DNA of 64,000 nt from positions 12,772,001-12,836,000 of the forward strand of contig OU015568.1 of NCBI GenBank assembly GCA_907165135.1. The letters run 5' to 3'. Under the pieces are notes generated by a model. That model did no database searches and was not told where the DNA came from. It saw only the letters and a list, made by a program, of their open reading frames with translations. Position numbers and translations under genes: made by a program. This document shows positions 14,758 through 28,496 of this stretch, piece after piece (within the stretch, counting starts at the first letter, position 1; every line of letters begins with the position of its first letter). Source of the DNA: Oikopleura dioica. Lineage: Eukaryota; Animalia; Chordata.

Positions 14758-16137
14758 ATGGACTACACAGACAAAGCGGGTTCAATAACGGACCTGCTGA
14801 GCAAACCTGGGAATGGACAATGTGCCGACTGCCAGTGAGTCCCTCGAATTCAAGATTAAAAACTTAAAATCGCAAAATTAAAGAAAACGACTTGATTTGG
14901 AAAATGCTTGGGGCGTTCTACGTTTTGGAGTCTTGGTTTGCCAGGACTGTAAATTGGTGCACATCGCTCTTGAGTCACAGCAAAGAGCATCGGTAAGTCC
15001 TTCTTGGCTAAGCCCAATTTCAAAGACGATTCAGGGTGGAGAAGATCCCGGAATTCTATCCTGCGCAAAGTCTCAGGTGTGGACAACCGAGGACATCGGA
15101 AAGTTCCTCTTGAACGGAAACGAAGCTGTCAACAAAAAGCTGTTGCCCGCGTTTCCAGTTTGGACTTACCAGCCGACACCGAACGATTCCATCTCGCTCA
15201 AGGAGCAGTGGATCAGTCAGAAATACAAGACCAGAACTGAGGAGGAAAATGAGAAGCTGAAACAGCCTCCGAAACATGCTGGGAATGAAATTCATCCAAT
15301 TCAGGTACTTTTTATTCATATTCCTTTGTCGATAATTGTTTTTTTCTAGTTTTGTCGACGATCAAAGAGCGGCAACGAGCCTTGCGCAGCTATTTTGCAC
15401 AAGGACAAGCTCTACCTCCGATCTGAAAAGCGAAAAGAAGACGTCTCCATCCTCGACGTCGAAACGGCCCTGCTCACTCAAGACAACGGCATCATGTTGG
15501 CCTACCGCGACAGAGCAGGAGCCTCGGACGAATACCGTTTTGCTCATTTGAACCACGACGATCCGAGTGTTGTCCTTGACTGGGTCAACACCTTGCTCTA
15601 TATGAAATATTGCATACTCAAGCAGGACAATCCCAACAGTCGTGATACGGTAAGTAGCCATCTTTCTCACCCGACAGTGAAGGGTTACAATTGTTGACAA
15701 CCCTTGTCTCCAGCCAGATTTTATTACACGTCGGTAATTGAAGCCTACGTGACTGAGATTCTGTATCTTCAGGACATCGGAAAACTACTGAACCGATACA
15801 TTGTCCGCCAGAGCTATGTAACCGCCGGTACACAAGATCATCCACAACTCCTGTTTTTCGTGCTTTCTGAATCCCGACTTGCCGTCTTTGAGCACCACTT
15901 AGACGAAAAGGTAAGTGCGAAATTGAGAGCGAATGAGGTGCCAACAGCGTTACTTTTTCAGCCAAAATATCAAACTCGAATCTACCAAAACCATCTCTCA
16001 AGCGTCCAATACTTGACAGAAGTTGGAAACGCTCTTCAAATCCAAGTTGAAAAAGTTTACGGATACGATGAGTGGCTCCAGGCCCTTGATTTAGGTAAAT
16101 ATATAGTCGTGAAGTCGAGATTGTTACAGTTGTTTAG
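14758..16137 (+). CDS. ADAP/centaurin-alpha-like ArfGAP + PH protein (divergent)
   Basis: CADC..CQDC zinc finger; YQPTPNDSISLKEQWISQKY matches ADAP1 YRPTPSDCQLLREQWIRAKY; PH-like region ending VVLDWVNTLLYMKY. Confidence 0.7.
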
Positions 16138-16286
16138 CCCTGAATAACGAACGGCTCTGCTCTATTCCTGAAAGACTTGAAGGCACGGGTTCTAGAATTT
16201 AGATGTAAACCGCTGTTTTTACCGATGGTTATAATTTTACAGACTGTAAATTACAGTAGAAAGAACCATGAGAAGCTCCATCCTCT

Positions 16287-18430
16287 ATGGGTTCCCGCGT
16301 TGCCGATACCAAAATCACTGCCAGTTCCAATCTCCAGTTGAAGCAACAAGCCCAAAATTCACTTCCCTCTCAAGCGATCGGCAAACCTGCCAATCAAGTT
16401 CAACCGACTTCATATTCAAGTTTCAACGTTCAAAATGCTCTGACAGGTCGCAACAACACTGTCGGCCCGATTATGCCTCCTTCAACTGTCGATACTAAAA
16501 TTCCGACAACCGCTGCGCGGCCAGATCGTATTTCGCCGAATGAGCCGGCGCAGACACAATCACAGACCTTCAAAATCAAGGAACATTGCTATCCTGCTAT
16601 ACCGCCAATGGGCGAGATGGGGAAAGGTAAGAAAATACTCAAAGACGTAGTGGTTATTCTTATTTAGTTCACCGAGGAGAGCTATCTATGGAAGCAATAA
16701 AACCTGTTGTTTCCAAGCAACCACAAAACGGCTTCAAAGATGGAAATGAAAACGGCGCACCTTCCGTTCTGCAGGCAAAGCCACAGCAAGTGAATCATCA
16801 GCAGTATGACATGAAGCCAAAGGAGCTTCCTTCTACCGTTAGTTTTTGTACATCTACAAATAATCAATGTATTTTTCTAGTTTGCTACTCATTGCTATCC
16901 ACCTATCGGTCCAGGCCACAATAATCCTTCTGTTTCACGTCCTCTACCGCCAAGTGGACCTTCTGGAGCATACAATCGAGGCTCTCAACCTCCACCGGTG
17001 ATCCCAAGACACCCAGGAAGCCAGGACTTCATCCCAGACTATCAAAATCGATATGACCGTCGACCTTCTCACCCTATCGGCCAGTACGGCGGTCCACCGC
17101 CTCCTTCGAAAAACTACGACCGATACCCGCCACCTTCTCATCAAAACGGGCAGGCCCCAGACTTCCTCCGTTCTAACTCAGTGCCAAATCACAATTTTAA
17201 TCAAAACCAGATGAATCGCCCTCCATGGGAGCGTAGTAACAGTTCCAAGAATCATTATTTTTCCAACAGTTCAAATCATTCTTCACCAAGGTAATCAGCG
17301 CTTTTGAAACTTTAAATTCATCGCTCTTAGTCCGCCGAACCAGTGGTCAAACCAGCGTCCGCCCTCTGGAAACTGGGATATGAGACCGAACCAGTTCAAA
17401 CCATCTTCTGTATCTCCATCAGGACCTCCTAATTGGGGCTCTTCTGGAGACATTCAGACAAACTCTCGATCAGCAACTCCTGAAATTTGGAGACGAGCCG
17501 AGCTTCAGATCACCGATCTTATCATGAATGGAATAGTGCCAGCGTCAGACATGCGGACAGCAGGTAAAAGTAATCAGCGAGCAAAAGATTTCTCATGTAT
17601 ATATAGGCCTAGATATTGACCCGAATCAATATGCCCACGCACAGTATTGTGCGGAAGAGCTCTACAACGCGATCAAGGATGAAAAATACGAGATGGCTCT
17701 CAGCTTCCTTCGAGGATTCCGTGAAGTGTTCCCGGACCTCGAACGAACAGCGAATCACCGATCTGTTCTTGAGTAAGTTCTCTTCCTTAATTTTAATCCT
17801 CATTCTTGATTTTCAGGACAAGGCGAGCTAGCAACTTTGAAAAAGATTGTTATCTCTAGAGTTCAAAACGAAAGAAGCTCCGTCTTCTCTTCGTCTTCGC
17901 AGAGAGATTTTTCATGGAATGGGTCATCCTCAGATGTCTCCTCGCCATGGGATCGCTCTAACAGAGGATCTTTCGACTCTAAGTTCTCATCTGCTCCATC
18001 TTGGAAGTCGTCTGCTCAATCAGGACCTTCTCGATCGCCATTTGACTACCCACAGCCTCAACAAGATCGCTGGAGTTCTGGAAATTCAAATAGTCTCAAC
18101 TCATCTGATGTGTACAAGAGTCACACGAGCTCGTATCAAAATAAAGGCAGGTCGATGTGGGAACCACCTCAGGAGAAAAAGTCATGGAATGCGCCTAACA
18201 GAGACATCTGGTGTGATAAACCCTCGCCATCGCAATTTCAAAATAACTTTCGCGGAAGCCCTTCAGGAAAAGTTCGCTCAAATATGCGCTAATCCCTTTC
18301 ATTTTCACCACTTTAGGACCAAGACGAACTTTTTATAGGATCTGCTGACCCCTTCAACAGCAGCAACGACTATTTCTTCACACGTGGTATCGAAGATAAC
18401 TTGAACAAGCTCCTGGTCTCAGATCACTAA
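16287..18430 (+). CDS. Hypothetical P/S/N/Q-rich protein with one predicted helical segment
   Basis: Chain of ORFs joined by GT-AG introns; low-complexity flanks; ordered-looking block WRRAELQITDLIM..YCAEELYNAIKDEKYEMALSFLRGF; ends NKLLVSDH*. No family recognised. Confidence 0.55.
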
Positions 18431-21400
18431 ACTACTACTTCCTCGTGTTCAGGAGTCATGATCAACAAAATCCATTTGCTATCACCTTCCATTATCCGTC
18501 ACAGCTAGATGTGAACAAAAAACAACCTTTCTTCAGCCATATCCAAATCAGGATAATTTCTTCTCGGTTCGCGTCTCCGTCACGTGACCATCACCACCAC
18601 CAGCGCCATAAAAACAATCTCCTTTTGCCACAATAAGTTTGTGCACCTCTCACTCTGCTGGTGTACCCACTCAGTATCACTCAGTCTAAAACACTGGCAA
18701 AAGCTCTCCTTCTCACATTTTGTACGTTTTCAAACGTTATCACAGTGTTGTTCCGAATCCTTTTTCTTCATTTTATATACCTTCTTTTTTTAACTATCGG
18801 TAGGAAACATTTTTCCTTGCGTTCCTGATCCTGAAAAAGCAATTTTTTTCTTTTGCTAGATTACATATGAGTTCTTTTTTCTTTTTTGATAATAATTACC
18901 TGAAGTTTAATCTGCTGCACTCTGAAAGTTCTGTCCCATCATCAACAGATTCATTCGACAGGTTCCGTAAATCCTTGTTTTTTATCTTTGCTTCTTTCCA
19001 ACATCAGCATATCTTTTTTCGCGTTTTTTATGTTTATCGAATCGGCCTGTCGTAAACGGTCCTTAACAATTTTCTCGTGATTTGATGATTCTTTTAATAA
19101 TGCTAATATTATCTTATTTAAACTTAACTATTGCCCGACAGACCAAACGTCTTTTTCTCATAAAACTAAACTACTGAATGCTTCCTTTTCTGTGTCAAGA
19201 ATTGTGATCGAGCAGCGGTGATTTTATTTTCACACAAAATGCCTTGATTCTCTATTTTCAAATTGCCTCATTCCCTCCAGGCCTTACTAAAAATTCGGAC
19301 AAGCTCAAAGCATCGTAATTCCTACTTTTTACATCGTAATTTAAATCTTACCCGGAAGAACTAATTTTATACCGCTTCAAACGTCCATTTCCCAATTCAC
19401 AAAAAAAAGTAAAAAAAAATCTAAAAAAAATCAGAGCCCAGGCTACCGACTTTTCCTCGAAGTGGCGCGATTATAAAAAACACGCCATGATTTTGTCAAT
19501 CGACCTCACAGTCTGTAAACAGATCTACATCTATTCGATCTTCATGACAACTCTCTGCTAAAATATAAAAAAGACACACTCTTTCAAGTTTAACCTTAAA
19601 CCATGCGCCACACTATCCGATCCTTCTTTCGATTGAGCTGGTATTGCGGATTTAAGATCAAAAAATCATATTCTATAAAGCTCTCGCCATTTTTACCCAA
19701 CATGTTCACAAACAACATTCAAAGTTCAACAATTGTCCTTCATCTTAACAAAGTCCTGTCGCCTGACGTACTTACAGTAATACCGTATTTTTTCATTACC
19801 GAACCCAATTTCCGATCATAGTTTCCATCATCACCAAAATTTCTTTCAAAACGAAATCTGATCACAATTTCTAAATTGATATTCGAATTTTATACTTTTA
19901 AAAACCGTCCTGGTGCTAGAAAACTGTTTATATCTACAAATACTACGTTTGTCCTTTTTTCTTTTGGAGTCCACTGTTACCTTTTTCCGTATCGTTGTTT
20001 ATGCGAGTGCTTCTGTAGTTCTAGCATCATATTTTTGGTCACTCTTGACAATCCAGAAGTCTCTTATTTTTCCAAGTCGCCAGAGGTTGAGCCCTGAATT
20101 GAATTCCAAGAATTCCCCTTTTTGCCCAAAAAATCATCTACTTTCAACTGGAGCCACTTTTTTCCCGTTGATAAATTGCCTTCATCACCTGATACCTCAC
20201 TTAAAAACACATGCAAACATAACTAAACATTATTTTACCGGTATGCAAGCCTTTAGTCGTCCTTTCTCTCTGCCGGCACTAGCCAACTGTGGCTAGAATT
20301 TTGCAAAGGGCGTATTGCAAATAGATTTATATACTACCGACGAGGCAGTATATCAAATTTACTTCAGTGTGTGCTTTGGATTCTACTCACATTTGGCTCC
20401 GACATAGAGACTGTCCTCCGAAGGCCCCTTTTTTCGCCAAAATAAAAATAAAAAATCTGATGCTTTCTTGTCAAGCAAAAATTTATAAAAAGAAAACCCC
20501 GCTCTCGCTCAAAAGCAAAAATATTATCACGTTCATTGTAGCGTTTACCTTTTTTGATTTGTTAATTATAAAAGATGTTTGATAAAAAATCATTGAAAAA
20601 AAATCAACCTTTCACTTGCTGTACGGGCTGTTTTGCGAAAATAGTTCATTGGTTCAAGTTTAACTTAAAAAAAACATAAGCAGTCCTCCAGTCGCCTATC
20701 CAAAGTACATCGAGTGCTTCACCTTCCATCACTATTCTTTTCTTGATCTCACCAGTATTTTTTTTCGACATTCGGGTAGCGCCTTTACCCCTTGCGCAGC
20801 ACTCGCCCCGGGCAGAGCGCCACATGCCCGGCGGCTATTTTAACAAAAAATTATAAAATACAAAAAAAAAATAATTTTAACCGCTGACTTTGCAAATATC
20901 GACTTTGTTCAAAGTGCTACCTAATCGCCTTAATTTAAAAGATCTCTAGAAGCTGCTCAAAAATTTTTGTGTATGCAGACACTTGATGAGATGTTTAAAA
21001 GATGTTCTTATTTTTTCTAACAGACTTCTCGATACACTTCGTTTTTCCGTTTATTTTAAAGCAGCTTTATAAAAATATAAATGCCTTGAACGTTTTGTCA
21101 AGGAGTTCCAGTTAATCCGCCATAATTGGGCCCCTCTTATTTCTGCCTTTCGTGAATTCGTTCAAAAAATAATGTTTCTACTGTCTTTTGCTTGTTTCTT
21201 TTTTTTAAACTACCAAAAACTAAAACTACCAAAAAAATTTTCAAAATACAAAATCCAAAAAATAAGAAAAAGATTGTGCCATTATATTCCATTTTGCATT
21301 CTTACTGTATCAAACACTTTTATTCTTCATGATATACGCTATCTTATTGGACACGATATCAAAAACAACAATTTACTATACTACTACTTTGCTTCAAAGT

Positions 21401-21988
21401 ACTGACGGATGCGAGCGTTCGCCTGGTGAAAGAGTTCTACTTGCCTGCGGCGAGGGCCTTCTCCTTAAAAAAACATTATTATACACGTTTGCGTTTTACT
21501 TGAAGGGTGTCTCTACCTCAGACCTATCCTACAATTCCGCTGCTAGAACTTCTTTTTATTTTCAATTCAACTAGGGCGGTCGGAACAAGGCTCATCCCAG
21601 TATAACAAAAAAACTGATCTGATTGTCAAACTTCGAATCGCTGATTTTTTGCTCGACATTTGCTGCATGTCTAGCCTCGATTCCCCTTTTGGCCACTTTT
21701 GCCCAAGTCTCTTGACCTAACTTTTTTTCCTATCAAGTGACTTTGGCCCCTCTGAGATGGAGTATCTCCCAGTATAGTTCCATCCAGTTTCAAAAATAAC
21801 ATAAAAACAAGAAACTTTTTTTTCCTCTTCTGTATCACGTGATTTCCTTTCATTAAAAATAACCTGCTCCCTTAATCGAATTTTTCCTTATTTTTCGAAA
21901 GTATTTTTACTGTTTAGGACTTAAATTTAACTCAGTTTTGATTAGAACCTTGTTTTTATTCTTTTTACTCATTCAGACAGAAATCAGT

Positions 21989-22701
<713 letters not shown>

Positions 22702-23156
22702 GCACAAGAACTTTCAATCAAACAGCAACCTTACATCGTTCATAAATCTACAAAACGCTCGAGCCAACTTTATAACTCACTCGATGGCGCAATTCTCCTT
22801 CAAGTCCACACGCATCCCTCAGTAGAAGAACACCTGCCCTCATTATTTCTCCATCTCTCTGTGCAATCTCTAGCGCCACCTGTAGCCTTAGTACGATTTC
22901 TACCTTTTAGTAGCAACAAAAAATAAATCAAAAATAAATTTCGTATAACCAGTACAGTCAAAAAGGCGTCGTTACTCTCATTTTCATTTCTAGGGATTTA
23001 GTGCAAACTATAGTTTCGGGGTCAAATACCACTTTATAGAAAAATAATCATGTAGTTTCTAGAACACCTCCCTGTTTATCTGTCAGTGCATATCAGTAAC
23101 TCTAGTTCATTTCAATAAAACATTCGAACGGCAGCGGTCCATATCCTCGAATTTAG

Positions 23157-25274
23157 ATGTTTTACGAGCACATGAATGACGTTTCCGACTATGATCGCGA
23201 AGTCAACACCTCAGGCAGGGAGCATATCAGCATGTAGGCCTAAACAGAGCTTGAAATTCAAGCCTTGAATGCAGATGCAAAGAGCGGATATTCATCCCCG
23301 AAAAGCACCAACAATTACTTCCAGCGCTAATTTGACTCCTCGACAACCAATGTCGGATAACCATTCAAGTAAGTGAGCACGCGCGACGTAGAAATTTTAC
23401 TTTTTGAACTAGTGACTGCTTCGGAACTTGAGTGCGAGCCGTTGGTGACGGATTTCGATGAGATTTTGGAGGCTTACCGAAGCATGTCTAATGACCAGCA
23501 AGAAATTGAAAAGGTGTGCCTTGACTTGTGCCAGATCATCAAGTCGGAGCAGGAAAACTGGCGGCTCGGCAAGGAGCAGTAAGCAACTTTTTGTAATTTC
23601 TGCATCTTTGAATCATCTTAGGCTTCATTTGATGGCGTCTCAGTTGAAAAAGTACAAGAAAGACGTTCATCAAATGAGCACGAAGCTTCAGGGCGTCTAC
23701 AACGATCTCCAGGAAGAACATAACCATCGAATGGTAAGATGAAAAGATAGTAACGACGTTACAACAAATTCTAGCGACTCCAGTCTCGCCTGGAAGACAT
23801 GGAGCGAGCTTTCGCACTCATGCAAGAAATTGTCTTCGACGACGACAACATTCAAATTGGGGATGATATCCGCGAGACTTTTGCTGAAGTCAAGCAGCGA
23901 TACGATGAATCTTGCAACCAGGACACTACCATTGGCAAGATTGTTGCCAATGTTGCCTCCATCAAATCTGAGTCACCAGGTAATTCTAACAAGTAAATCC
24001 CTTCTAATAAATAACTTTCTAGCAGATTTGGAGCTGAACTCATTCTCGGAGCCTGAATCCGACCTCAACGCAATGTACGGAGAACTCTACGCTCAACGAG
24101 CGTCTCAAAGTGCTCTCCCTGCTCCTTCCAGCCGAAGCGCACGCGTATTCGACCACCAGAAAGTGCACGCTGGAGAGTACATGTCCTCAACACCCTCTGT
24201 CAATTTTCAGCAGGTGTCTCCAATCAAGCGCGCCCTGAAAATTTCGCCCGTTGTTAAAACTCGTCTCACACCTCAGCCCGCGTCCCCGAAGCCCAAATCA
24301 AGACTGGCTGAGGAGCCTTCTTTTGTCGAGGATATGATCGTGGCAGAGGAAATTTACCAACAGAAGAAATATGAAGATGTGCCCATGGCTTTGATCAAGG
24401 CGCCAGGTAAACATTTTTCCAGTTTTTTTTTGCTTTCAATTAAATTATAGAGTGTGTTCCAACTGAGCTCGTTTTTTACGCCTCTGCTTTGGCGAACAAG
24501 CTCAACCATCACGGACTCTACGTCACTTCCCCCGAAACTGAGGAAGTTGAAATTATTGACAACATCAAGAAGCTCCTTCGAAACGGCGAGTATGATGATG
24601 ATGAGATGCTTGAACATCTGTGGACGCAGTCCACCAACATTCTCTGCCAGTTGATGAAGGACTTCTTTTCCGACTCGAAGGTTAAGATTTTTGAAGCCGA
24701 AAGGTAATTCTTTCCTTAGTTCTTTCAGTTGCTGATGAATATTCTAGTGACTCTATGATGTCACTGATGCAAGCTGTGCGGTGCTGCAACACGCAATCAG
24801 TTCAGGTCAGAGAAATGAGAATCTAGACAAGTTCGGAAACAATCGATTTAGGATCATCTCATCGCTCTTGCCCCAAAACCGCGCTGCCAACTTGCCTTCC
24901 TTCTCCAGCATCTCCAGGGTGCTATGGCAGCTGGTCGTACTCCTGGCGAGCTTGCTGGTGCCTTTGGAGCTGTTCTTGTTAGCGCTGGCAGCAAGAATAA
25001 AAATGATCCAAAAGAGTTGCTCGAGTATTTGCTCAGCCTTGACGTGACTTTCGTCCGAGACCTTCTCGATACCGCAAAGGTAGCCATTCTATTTTTCTTT
25101 CATTTCTAACGCTACCATTTTTAGACAACCGGCACAGAAGCGTCCTACAGTAGCATGCTTGGGCCCGTGGGAACCCCACGATCCAAAGCTTTCTCCAAGA
25201 TGATCGAGGAGCGCAAAAACAAGCTCCTCCAGAACTGCGACATCAAGCTTTTCACCCAAAGCCCAAAGAACTAG
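23157..25274 (+). CDS. RACGAP1: RACGAP1/MgcRacGAP/Cyk-4-like protein (degenerate)
   Basis: N-terminal coiled coil (KLQGVYNDLQEEHNHRMRLQSRLEDMERAFALMQEIV). RhoGAP-fold motifs LCQLMKDF, LAFLLQHLQ, LAGAFGAVLV, PKELLEYLLSL and tail SMLGPVGTP, like RACGAP1 SLLGPVTTP. Confidence 0.7.
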
Positions 25275-25485
25275 TTCCGCTAGAAACTAGCAGAATTTTA
25301 TTTTATCCATGACATTTTTTCTATTTTTCAAGGCACACTGTTTCAATCCACCGTTTTCCTTCACTTAGCCGATATATACTCAAGATGTTCCTGTAGTCTC
25401 ACTAACTGCCCACTTATCGACCAAAAAAGAAACAGATATTCAAAAACTCTTGTTTCCCTTTGATTCCAAACTTTTAATTTTCAGA

Positions 25486-26431
25486 ATGGATGATGAGCGC
25501 CGGGCAGCGCAGATAATCGCCCGCGCTTGGCTCTCATACAGAGATCGTCAAATATTCATGGTAATTAGTGCGCAAACAAACCTACAAATACATCGCATTG
25601 TTAGATACTGAAATCGGTCGTGTCTGTGGCAGTTAAAGAAAGTGGACACCTAGTTTTGCAACGAATCTCGCCACTAGAAGCGAAGCTGCTAGAAACAGAA
25701 AAAGTATGGGTGCGGATGAAGCTAATGGGCGAATCGTTCCCGCCCAAAGTGGTTTTCAAAGTTATATTGGGAACTTCTGGCAAAGTGAATTATTTATCCG
25801 GGAGAGAACAACTCAAAGAAGATATGCAAGGCGTCGCCGAGAACATGGGCGAAACGAACTTTTGCAAGCAACTTCTCAGGTAGTGAACTCTTGCGATTCG
25901 AGAGAAAATAAAACAAGTTAAAAGTGACTTGGTGGAGCGCAAGCAAAATAAAAACGTTGTTGATATGGTTGACGTTGGCTCAAGCCGCGATCTCTGCCGA
26001 CTTTTGGCTTATCGCGACGAATCTGCGGCGTCCGTCGGGGAAAGGGAAACACGTGGCGCTTGGTCAACTTGTCCGACATTCCAAAAGCAGCACCGTTCCG
26101 CGATCTCTACGAAATTCTTCAGAGCAAGCAGCTATCCATTTTACCAAAAGCATTCTGGGGAAAAACCCGCAACCGAGAAAATATTGAACGTCAAATACTC
26201 ACCTTATTACAACAAGACAAAGAACTCAAAATACCGAAGCCTGTATCGCAGGACGAGTCGAAGCAACGCGTACAAGAAGCGGCCGATGCGCGCCGTGAGA
26301 GGATGACTGACTTGTACAAAAACAAACCGAACACGGCGTCCGAGCGATCGTGTGTTACTGTGGTCGATATTGGATCGTTAGACTTGGACTATGAAGCGCG
26401 CGAACTCTACGAGTGGAGTCAGTACCTTTGA
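25486..26431 (+). CDS. CXorf58-like protein; apparent 1-nt frameshift at 26037-26040
   Basis: AAQIIARAWLSY..LQRISPLEAKLL..GESFPPKVVFKV..(GG)KGNTWRLVNLSDIP matches remembered CXorf58 motifs (IQRAWLS, PLEAKL, GETFPPFIVFKI, GGRNNSWRKLNL). Confidence 0.75.
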
Positions 26432-26588
26432 ACTTTATTTACTGTATCTATCTGAAGCTTGATCTCTATTTTTGTACTCGCTGATTAAGAAAAAGCCAAA
26501 TAAAACATATATTTTTATAGCTCGTTGATTCTGTTGCTTATTCACTTGTTTAGTATGCAAAGATAGAGATAATCGGAACTCGGAAAAT

Positions 26589-28496
26589 ATGGAGTGTACG
26601 ATGGCACCGCCGCCACAGGCACCCGTGGAGATACCAAAAGATGCCGTTTCCACGACATGTTCTGTGTCGAACATGTCCATAAGCAGGTTTAGCTTTCTAC
26701 GGCCATTCGCACTTCTAGCGTTAGTTTTAGTGATGTCGACTCAGACGTAGCGTCTATCTGCCGCGACTTTATACGCGGCGTTTGCTCTCGCAAAAAGCGA
26801 TGTAAGTTCGCGCATCCTACAGTAGCTGAATTGAATGCTTTGGTCGGTTGTCGCGAAGACAAAAAGTACGAATTCTGCCACGACCATCAAAATAAAACTT
26901 GTGAAAGAACAACCTGCCGATACATCCATTGCACGAGGTACAATTTGCTGAAAATATCAGGTTCATCTTCTTTTCAGTGAGGAGGAGCAGAACTTCTTGA
27001 AATCCCGTCATTTACCCCTCCGTTACAAGTGTCAATACGAATTAGGAATATACAATGTTGCGTTGAATAATAAAGCCATGCGTGAGATGAAAAGAGGTAC
27101 CTTATCCCTCTGATTCTGAATATCCGAAAGAACCATTCTTTTTCCTAGAAAGCGAAAACAAAAGATTACGGCCTATTGCTTACAGTAACTCTGCCAACGA
27201 TCTCAACTCCCATCACAAAAGATCATCGACAAGTATTTCAACAAGTATATCAAATACACTTCTTCATTCTCTTATTTCTATCCATAGATTTTTCTGATCA
27301 TCAAATGTCGTACAGCTATCAACAGATACTAGATGAATCCAGCAAGATGCGCAAAGAAAATGACATGCTGAAACAAAGAGTAAAACTACCCTCTTTAAAT
27401 TCTTTCACAACCTGAAATTAAGATCGAAGAGCTCCAGAAAAAATGTGCGGATCTATCTACCGTGAATGAGATGCTTCTGGAGCAAAACGCAAAGTACAGG
27501 CATGTTCTAAATTCGAGCCAGCCTCCTCCACCTGCCGTTCCGATGGAGGCTCAGGTAATGACATTCTTTGGAGGCTTCTTTTAATCGTTTGAAAGAATAT
27601 CTACACTCATCCACATGGAGTCTCAAGTGGGCAAATTTACACCTCCTCGATAGCTCCTCCGGGCGTTATAAGAGTGGTAAATCAGAATCCTGTCATGACG
27701 CCGTCGATTCTGGGATGTGTTTCCAATAATAATTGATGAAATTGCGTCAGAAATTTTGGCTTTACCTTTGTTGAACACATAAAAGACAACTGCCAATCCC
27801 CCGACTTCGAATGGTCAAACATTTCAGCCGGTCCTTAGCTCGAATCCCCACCGAGTGATGGCGATGCCTCCGCCTGGAATACCAACAGGAGTGCAAAGCG
27901 TCGCGGTTCCACAAAATATGAGCCAGAGTAATCATGTTGAAGTTCAACTGAGTACAGCGCAGACTGTTACTGGGTAAGTAGACTCTAAAAACTCAGAAGA
28001 TAATGCTACACATAGTGTGACCAATGATAAACGGCCGTATCAACAGCAATCTGCACCCTTAGTTCCATCGGGCCAGGTGAGTCGCTCTTCTAAGTATCCT
28101 GCTTTCTATGACAATTTTAGTTTCGACCAAGCTCAAATGTGATCGTAAATCAAGTTCCAGTCGTTACAATGCACAATATGATGACAACGCCGATCCGTCC
28201 AGGGATCGAACAACCTCAAAATCCTTCAGTTCAAGTCACCTCTTCAGAAAATTTGCAAACACAAAGTAAACTTTTCTTTTGAAACGCATTTTAACCTTGT
28301 TTCTAGTTGTAACAACTTATGCAAGTCAAGCGATGCCAAGGCCCGCGATAAATGGCCAACCTCATATGACGTAAGAATGTTTTCATGGAGCAAGTCTAAC
28401 TCAAATTTCAGGGTTCAACCAACCATGGCGATGCAACAAACCCCGATTCAGTACACTGAGATGCCCTCTTTACCAGTTCATCATCAACACCCGTAA
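26589..28496 (+). CDS. ZC3H10: CCCH zinc-finger protein ZC3H10-like
   Basis: ICRDFIRGVCSRKKRCKFAH and FCHDHQNKTCERTTCRYIH fingers; coiled coil ENDMLKQRIEELQKK..NEMLLEQNA; P/Q-rich tail ending HHQHP*. Confidence 0.8.

Noticed and set aside
20770-20835. Two short GC hairpins (GGGTA..TACCC; CCGGGCA..TGCCCGG) in AT-rich DNA
   Set aside because: No tRNA boxes, Sm site, H/ACA or C/D motifs; too short to support an ncRNA call.
24700-24750. Apparent 26-nt GG-AG intron or frameshift in the RACGAP1-like gene
   Set aside because: A canonical 44-nt intron (..ATTCTAG|T GAC TCT) restores the frame.
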